From the human T2T-CHM13v2.0 reference genome, Homo sapiens: DNA of 64,000 nucleotides. This document shows positions 56,030 through 64,000 of this stretch, in pieces. The notes under the pieces are model-generated. The model saw only the letters and a program-made list of their open reading frames with translations. It had not been told where the DNA came from and searched no databases. How positions within the stretch are numbered: position 1 is the first letter of the stretch; every line of letters begins with the position of its first letter. Where the stretch lies: assembly GCF_009914755.1 (NCBI RefSeq), contig NC_060948.1; one strand, written 5' to 3'. A program made the position numbers and the translations under genes.

Positions 56030-57720
56030 TTCACAGAGCAAGAATTTACTACTTAACACATATCAAGCAGCATACTGGGAACAAGTTATACAAATGTAGA
56101 CAGATATAGTCACTGTCTCTAAAGACCTCACAATTTAATCAGGGAGAAATAATCACAATAAGGTATAACTTCATAACTGAGGTAAATAAAGACTGCATGC
56201 AGGAACGAGACCTAAATCATTTGCTCAGTGGGAGTCAGGGAAGATATCACCAGGGTGACAGTCCAGCTGTGTCTTGAAAGACAGTATGGTTTTATCAGGA
56301 AGAGAAAAGGATTGACATTCCAGGTGAGGAAATACAGCCATGGCGGTTTGTGTGAGGATGACAATCTTCCTCAAAGCCTTCAGAAACTCACAGTTAAATA
56401 AACAGGAATCTAGCCAGTCCCGTATCTTGCAGATGAAGTTATTAGTCTAAACACAATCCAAACATCTCAAAAAACTGTGCTTCCAACACTCATTTTTATA
56501 GCTGGAGCAAGCCCAATTCCTATCAATGCTATATAAAATTGTAAAGGGTGTGCACTTAACATTAAACAAGTAGGTCTCATTGAGAAGCCCCAAGCAAGAC
56601 TTAATGCTAGGGTAAAGCCTTGCTACTTTTAACATCTGGCAGCAGCAGTTCACGATGTAGGCCAAAAATACTGCTGTAAATCCAGTGTGGTCTAAGACAT
56701 ACACTTAGAAACAGAATATGATTTCTTAAAAAATAGATTCAATCCCACTTGCTGAAATAGACTCCCTGCCACTCCTCATCCTCACTTTCTCTTGTCCAGT
56801 TACTTCCCAGATGACCAGATCAAATGGCCACATGGATGACCTTTGCAGCCCTGGTGACTCCTTCACCCCAGGGACCTTGAACTTTGTTCATTTCCATGAC
56901 TCCATCCAATGGCAGCACAGTGCATTTGCTTTCCAGTATCCACCTGAAACCTAATCCTGCAATTCTGTACTCTTGGACAATTGTTATAATTCCACCTGCC
57001 AGTCTCTCCAGATCTAGTCCTTGATCCCTGAGACCGCTAATCCACCCTCCCTTTCCCCCTGGGTTAGCTGCCACTTGCCCCTCCTCTGCTTCCCTTCACT
57101 ATGCAAGATAAGCCCAGAATCTTCAGTTAAATAGGCTGCCATTCTCACATCAAATAAGGTAGGCTCTGCAAACCTCCAATCCTTAAACATCTTCATCTTT
57201 CCACCCTCACTGAAAGGTGAAGAAGAGATGGATGCTTAGAATTCCTCCACGGACCTACCAAAAGTAAAAATAAAAATAAAAAATAAACTCCCCTCCAAGC
57301 ACATGGTTTGGGCTTACTTAATTTCAGGCTCCCCCAACTACAGCTGGGCCCTCAATACAGGTGATCAGTCCTCTGTGCCTTAAAGAGCTGTTCTTCCGTT
57401 ACACACTTGAGCTGCTCTGTACCTCTGAGCTGCTCCTAAAACCCATGATCTAACCCTCTAATCTGCCTGAGAAGATGGAGCTTATTTAGAGTGTGCTTCT
57501 CATTATCCCAACTTGACTGTTTACCTCTGACATTCTTCCTTTTCTACTTGTCCCAGAGGAAGCAAATGTGTTTACGTTTCAAGGCCCATTCTCCTTTTTC
57601 TTTGCAATGTTGACCCCAGTTCCTATTGCTCTTCTGGGGCCTTGTTACCTCAATTGTATCATCTCATTCCTGGATCTTGAGCCAACCTACTAATAGCTGC
57701 AGGAAATAGGTACACAGTAA
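56030..57720. mobile_element. L2 fragments (ancient LINE), discontinuous
   Basis: L2-type text at ~56030-56350 and ~56750-57700; boundaries approximate. Confidence 0.5.
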
Positions 57721-57739
57721 AATATTTGTAAATACCACC

Positions 57740-58178
57740 TGTTGGGAACAGTCCCCCAAAATCTGGCCATAAACTGGCCCCAAACTGGCCATAAATAAAA
57801 TCTCTGCAGCACTGTGACATGTTCATGATGGCCATAACACCCACACTGGAAGGTTGTGGGTTTACCAGAATGAGGGCAAAAAACACCTGGCCCGCCCTTG
57901 GTGGAAAACTGCTTAATGGCATTCTTAAACCACAAACAATAGCATGAGCAATCTGTGCCTTAAGGACATGCCCCTGCTGCAGATAAATAGCCAAACCCAT
58001 CCCTTTATTTTGGCTCATCCCTTCATTTCCCATAAGGGATACTTTCAATTAATCGAATATCTATAGAAACAATTCTAATGACTGGCTTGCTGTTAGTAAA
58101 TAAGTGGGCAAATCTCTGTTCAGGGCCGTCAGCTCTGAAGGCTGTGAGACCCCTGATTTCCCACTTTACACTTCTATA

Positions 58179-58219
<41 letters not shown>

Positions 58220-59608
58220 TTTAATTCCTCTAGCACTGCTGGGTTAGGGTTTCCCCAGCTGAGCTGGTCTCGGCAAGGGGCACCCATACGCAAGGGGTTG
58301 AATCCAGGTCAAAGGATCACTGGAGTGATGGTTGGAGAATGTGGAACCAGCTGGAGGACACCCAAGTACTCTTAAAGCAATCCCCTTGGTGAGTAAGAAG
58401 GGGAGTTCAGAAGCATCAGGGTAACAATGGGACAAGTGCGGGCTGTGGTTAGTTCCACCTTGGAACTTTTTCACACTGATGATGGGGAGGAAGGAGAGTA
58501 TAACGAAGTAACACAGGAGGTTTCAGAGCAGGTTTATTTGCCAACTAAAGCTAAAGCGGCAAAGGAGGGAGAGGTTCATCCCTACCCTTCTGCACCCCCT
58601 CATTATTATACTGAAGAAAAAGGCCCTCCAGATCTTTCTTTTCCAGAGGACCCTGGGTGAAAACTTTTTGCCCCAGTGAGTGTTCAAGCAGCGCCTTGAG
58701 TGCTCTCAGTTCTATACAGGCAGTAATTCAGCAAGCTAGAAGAGAGGGTGATTTAGAGGCTTGGCAGTACTCTGTTAGAATACAACCCCCAGATCAGCAG
58801 GGAAATATTTGAGGCTTTTCCTTTTAAATTACTCAAGAATTTAAACAAGCTATTCATACTAAAAAAGAATGTAGAAAAAATCAGTGAGTCAGGCTGCCAG
58901 ATAGCAGGAAAAAGTAACTGCTGAGTCTGAAATGTGTCCAAAATGTAAAAAAGGAAAACATTGAGCTAGTCAGTGTCACTCTAAGTTTGATAAAGATGGG
59001 AACCCAATTTCAGGAAATGCCATGAGGTGCCAGCCCATCCCGGCCCCCACTCCAGACTGGGGCATTTCCAGCTCAGGCCATTCCTTCACCTCTGTACAAT
59101 ATCTGTCCCCTGCCACAGCCAGTAGTGTGGCAGTAGATTTATGCTGCACAAAAGCTGTGAGCCTTCCGCCTGGGGAACACCCACATAAGGTCCCAACAGG
59201 AGTCTGTGGACCCTTGCCAGTGGGAACAATAGGATCACTTTTAGGAAGGTCTAGTTTAAGTTTAAAAGAGGTACAAATACATACAGGAGTCATTGATTCA
59301 GACTACAATGGGGAAATTCAAATTGTTATGTCTACTTCTGTTCGCTGGAAAGTAGAGCCAGGAGAGTGTATAGCACAGCTCCTGATTGTGCTGTATTTGG
59401 GAATGGGAAAAAGTGAAATTAAATGAAGAGGAGGATTTGGAAGCACAAATAAACAAGGCAAAGCAGCTTATTGGGTAAATCAAATTACTGATAATTGTTC
59501 TACCTGTGAAATAAGTATTCAGGAAAATAAATTTAAAGGTTTGGTAGTTACAGGAGCAGATATTTCAAACATTTCTCTTCAGCACTGGCCGTCTGCATGG
59601 CCAATTCA
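57740..59608 (+). mobile_element. HERV-K HML-3 (HERVK9) provirus, 3'-truncated: MER9 LTR, internally deleted gag, dUTPase-protease
   Basis: LTR 57740-58275 (tgttgggaaca...tctcggca) with internal (TG)n; gag MGQVRAVVSSTLELFHTDD (58427); dUTPase LLGRSSL..GVIDSDYNGEI; protease GLVVTGAD. Confidence 0.9.
58427..59608 (+). pseudogene. HML-3 gag / dUTPase / protease remnants
   Basis: ORFs 58427-58660 and 59022-59426; in-frame stop before the RGGFGST motif; protease DTG altered to VTG. Confidence 0.85.
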
Positions 59609-60093
59609 TTGTACATGAAACTGACTAATGAATGGACTCTTTTTAAAAGAACACAATAAGCATGTATTTTCTATTTCTCAGTTACTTTTTTTAAAATTGG
59701 AAATTAATGTGGGATTTTATTCATATCCTTCTATTTTTCTTTTCCTTTAGCTAATATTAATTTTTTGACTCCTAGATGACAGGCAGTCATATATTGTAGG
59801 TATCACAATGAACAAAAGACAGTGAGACAATTTGTAAGCTTTAATGAAGCTTATAGTCTTTATCAGTCAGGGTCTTAGCAAATAACAGATGGCATACTGA
59901 AAAGTTACTACTACTCCTAGGCCTAAAGTGTCAAGGGGAGGAAATCCTTTCTGGAACCCACAGTGAAAGTTCTATCTGTATGAAAGTTTTGACCACAGGA
60001 GCTATTAACAGATAGACAAATCAGCCCAGACAACTTGCAGCCTATAAGGGAAGGAAACAAAGGAATTAGTACTTCATTCTCTCCTTCCACCCT

Positions 60094-60344
60094 CAGATAT
60101 CTTGCCAGTAGTTTCCTTTGGCCAAATCTAGTTGGAATCCAGAGGGTAAAGAAACCCAAGCAGGCCAGCTTCATGGAAAACACTACAATATGGAACGAGA
60201 TAGAGAATCAATCTATAGCAGATATCTAGCCAGTATTTTCCTTTGGCCAAATCTAGTTGGAAGCCAGAGGGTAAAGAAGCCCAAGCAAGCCAGATTTATG
60301 GAAAATAGTACAACATGGAAACAGATAGAGAATCAATCTGTAGC
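60094..60344. repeat. Tandem duplication, 2 x 125 bp
   Basis: cagatatcttgccagtagtttcctttggccaaatctagttggaa... repeated at 60219; ORF track shows RYLAS.FLWPNLVG.QRVKKPKQA twice. Confidence 0.92.
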
Positions 60345-60559
60345 AAAAACTAAAGAATAAGCAGCACACAATATATGGAAACTGGCATTTAAGTAGGTAA
60401 GTATTATACAGAGTGATAAGTGCTATGTTAGAGGAAGTTCTGCATAGCATTACAACTTTTAGAAGGGGCATCCCTGATTTGCTACTCTGCAGTACCTCTT
60501 GGACAGGTGTTGTCCACCAATTCTGCTCTAGTCAGATCAATTCATATTCAGTAATTTTA

Positions 60560-61620
60560 AAAAGCATTTTATTATGCAAATTTTTGAATTCCATATGAAA
60601 GTAAAGAGAACAGTAATTAGTTGCGATGTATCCATCATGTACAGTCAACAACCATCATTACTTTGGAATATTGAGGCTTCTATCGCCCAACTACTCTTTT
60701 TAATTTTGTTTGAGAGGGGTTTATAAAATATTACAGCATTATGTTATTTTACCAGAAAATACTTAAATACACATCTCTGACAATAATATTTTAAATAGAT
60801 TTTACATATCACCATGTCACTGGCATACTTAATAACATTAACCTATTATGCTAAGAAAATTAATTAAATTCTTTAACACCATCTAATATCATCTATACTC
60901 AAAAATCCCTCAGATCATGCAATTGATTGACAGAGAAACCGGACTGTTTGTCCTATAGACCATCCCACATTCTGAATATCACAGATTGGTTCCTTATGAC
61001 TTCATTTAATATACTCCTCTTTTTCTGGTATTTCCCTTAAAATTGTGTGTAGCCCCAGAGCCTTAATTGTATTTTGTTCCAATTTTAGGCAATAATATTT
61101 AGTGAGTGGTGGTGTATACTTTCCATTACACTGCCTTGGAGGCATATAATGTCTGATTGTCCTACTTCCAGTAATGGAAACTGTCACTGTGGGTTCAGAT
61201 GATGTCAACCTGACCCTTCCATCATCAAATTTCTCACCAACACTTCAACTAAGGTTTTTAGAATTAATTGATTATTGTTGTCAAGGTACATTATGCTTTT
61301 AGGGGATGCAAAATGGAGATTTTCTTCTTCTATCATTCCTTTTGAATCTATCAATTCAACAAAGAATAACTTTCTCTCCATAATTATTAGCTTATCTTAA
61401 AATGCCCTTCATCTGGAAAGTGACGATGAATGCTTTAAAATTTCCCCTTCATCTGTTTTCAGAAAAATGGGTTGATGTCTTAGCAACTTCCAATGATATC
61501 TAATAAGTTTTTATCATTCTGAATTTATTTACTTTTATACTTGTGATGTGTTTTTGACGATTGAAGTTATTATTGCTCAAATTATGTCTTTTTCTGTCCA
61601 GTGGGAGTTCACTAAGTTAA
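60560..61620 (-). mobile_element. Ancient L1MC/ME-type 3' fragment
   Basis: Degenerate antisense L1M 3'UTR-like text; subfamily and boundaries uncertain. Confidence 0.45.
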
Positions 61621-63419
61621 CATGTATGTTAATATTTTGCTTAACTTGAAATTGAGATGCCTCTTTGAATTATACTCACTCCCAACATCTCTCCCTTTTA
61701 AAATACTATATGTTGCTACAAGACTTTGTTGGAATATCACATGAATACACTTGAATCCTCTAATCACTAGCCACATATTGGATAGTGTTCAATATTCATT
61801 CTAACTTTTCAAGATATCACCAATTAACTCCAATTCAATTCTATGTCAGACATGTCACTTAACTGAAATTTGAGGTTCTATCACTCTTCATACCTACGAA
61901 TTCTGTTTATACTCATTGTTATGGAATTTGGAGTTCTCCACGATTTGTCCTTAAACTTATTTCTCATTACTACTTTACCCTACCTCATTGCTGCCCTATT
62001 TGTCTTTTTCAGCTTCTGAAAGGCAGATCCTTATTGAATACTTCCTGCAAGTCTAGGTTCGTGGAAGTTTCTGAGTGAATTTGGGAAAGGGTAAAGGGAG
62101 TTGAAATCAAAACAGTAAGAGATGTATTCAAATTTTTTTGCTAATTCCCCTAACTCCCTTTGCTATGGCTCTAGGCTCACCAAAAGAATACTGTCGGTTA
62201 TGGGTCTTTCTAGGTAGATCTTACTTTCAAAAAGAGACTGCTCTCACCAAAGTAATATATTGCCTATTTCTCTTTCAGTTATGTTTTTTTTTCATAAATA
62301 AGTTCCTGGCCTTTTCATTACAGGTAGCTTTCCATGCTGTATCTTTTACATAAAGTCCATAGATATTCATGGATTATAAAAGTCTAGTGATGCCTGAGAC
62401 CTTAGAGACCGTATAACCTATTGTATCTCAACAGGGATCAATGGACTAGATATATTAGAACGATCCCTGGAAATTTTCATTCTATAGGACTGGGATGAGG
62501 ATAAAAAACTGTGCTTTTTATACAAATAAAAACTTCCCAGGTGATTCTGCACAGTAAGACTTGGAAAACCCTCCTATTTTATAATTCCTTACTTTTGCTG
62601 ATGAATTAACAGGCCTAGGAAAGAGAAGAAATCTTTTCTTTACACATAATTTCTTGCTTAGGGTCTCGATCATACCACAGTTGACTTTTGAGCAGTTATT
62701 TACAACTCCAGCACTATGTACTAAAAAAGATTGAAGCGGTTCAGTTTGGAAGATCTACATTAGGGAAACAACACCTAGAGTAAATCCTGGAGCAGATTGT
62801 GAAGTCAGTCCCAAATGTCATTTGGGCACAAGTGTTTTTTGCTTCTATTGCTGAAATGCACATAACTTATGCCATGGGACATATTCAAAGAGGCAGAAAG
62901 CTACAATTAGAAGGTGGCAATAACACACATTGCCATCAATGAATTTAGAGAAAAAATAATTGAACTTGTCATTAAAGTCAAAGCTGGATGCATTTTGGAA
63001 GGGTAATCAATTTCTGAAGGGCCCCAGTGCAAACTATTCACATCGTTGGAGGTTGTTCTCAGCTACATGCTACAATTAGGCAAGTAGGTTGTACTTTAAT
63101 ACTAATGGGTAGTTCTTGTTCTGTGATATAAACCCATTTTCGAGACTTCTATGCCTATATCAATTGTATATGCCAATACCTCCTCAGATGTGTATCTGTA
63201 CATTATTTTTCTTAATGATATTGAACACTTTCATATGTGAGGCAAAACCATAAAGCATTTTATTGTCAGATAAGGGAGTAAGACAACTTGTATAGGTTTG
63301 AATTAAAAGATAAGTTTACTTAGTAGTATTGGTTCAGAGGCAAGAATTATCACATTCAATTTGTGGAAGATAATGAGAAAGATTGATGGCATACGAGGTG
63401 GGCCTTGGAGAATGGGGTG

Positions 63420-63520
63420 GGTGGAGACAGATGAGAGAGATGAGGGGAGAGGGAAGGAGGGAGGGAGAGAGAGAGAGAGGGAGAGAGAAAAGCAAGAAAG
63501 GAGAGAGAAAGAATGAACAA
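63420..63520. repeat. GA-rich low-complexity tract
   Basis: gagagagatgaggggagagggaaggagggagggagagagagag... Confidence 0.8.
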
Positions 63521-64000
63521 AAGCATTCATTCCAGGCTTCCAGGCTCAGAGAATTGTATGAATAACGCTACAGGTGAATGAGAGTACAAAATAGATCAGG
63601 CTAACCCAGAGACTTATCCTTAGCAGACATTATTTGAAAGGACAGTTCACCCTCTAAGTTTCCTTAAGAAGTTTTCACTGGAAAGCTCCTGTCTTCCGCT
63701 TTCATAGTTTGGTGGTAAACAGAGAGGTGTAGTTGAACATCACCTGTAGACCAAATAGGGTGTTAACAGAAAACTAGAACTCTGACAATGATGCTATAAT
63801 TATGCGGAAGGAGGGTCAGTAGTGTTAAGGAAAAGGGAGTAAAGGATTTAGAAACCGAAGGGTAAATTTTCAGCCTCTTCCTTGCTACAAATTAAGCATA
63901 TCACCTTGGGTTTTTACTCAATGTCTTTTGCACCTTGCTTTCTTTCTTTATAAAAATAGGATGAAAACGCCTCTTCTTTCTAGGTCTGTGGATTGCTGTG

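Noticed and set aside
59022-59426. Functional stand-alone dUTPase gene
   Set aside because: Part of HML-3 pro; a stop precedes the C-terminal RGGFGST motif and the N-terminus is frameshifted.
60094-60344. CRISPR-like or coding repeat array
   Set aside because: Only two adjacent units, no spacers, eukaryotic repeat context.

Overview
This is primate, very probably human or great-ape, AT-rich and repeat-dense DNA. I find no intact protein-coding gene, RNA gene or CRISPR array. The scaffold is an unprocessed, decayed copy of the X-linked tail-to-tail pair OFD1 and GPM6B. OFD1 lies on the - strand, with exon remnants from about 54.9 kb down to 21.9 kb. GPM6B lies on the + strand, with its last exon and 3'UTR at about 18-20 kb. 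The GPM6B/OFD1 3' block is present twice (1-5.7 kb and 19.1-26.3 kb), and a stray USP9Y-like exon sits at 38.9 kb. This combination is typical of the Y-chromosome ampliconic pseudogene families OFD1P, GPM6BP and USP9YP, so a Y location is inferred. Overlaid on the scaffold are two ERV3-like proviruses, a third collapsed env-LTR remnant, a truncated HERV-K HML-3 (MER9 LTR), several rearranged L1PA elements, Alus and ancient repeats. I see no evidence for a new functional biological system. The interesting signals are fossil records of mutational processes: apparent APOBEC3 hypermutation of one provirus, different tRNA primers in sister proviruses, a multi-template repair insertion inside L1 ORF1, and an Alu split by 12 kb that includes foreign USP9Y-type DNA. 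All protein and repeat identifications come from recalled sequences, not from database searches, and exon numbers are approximate.
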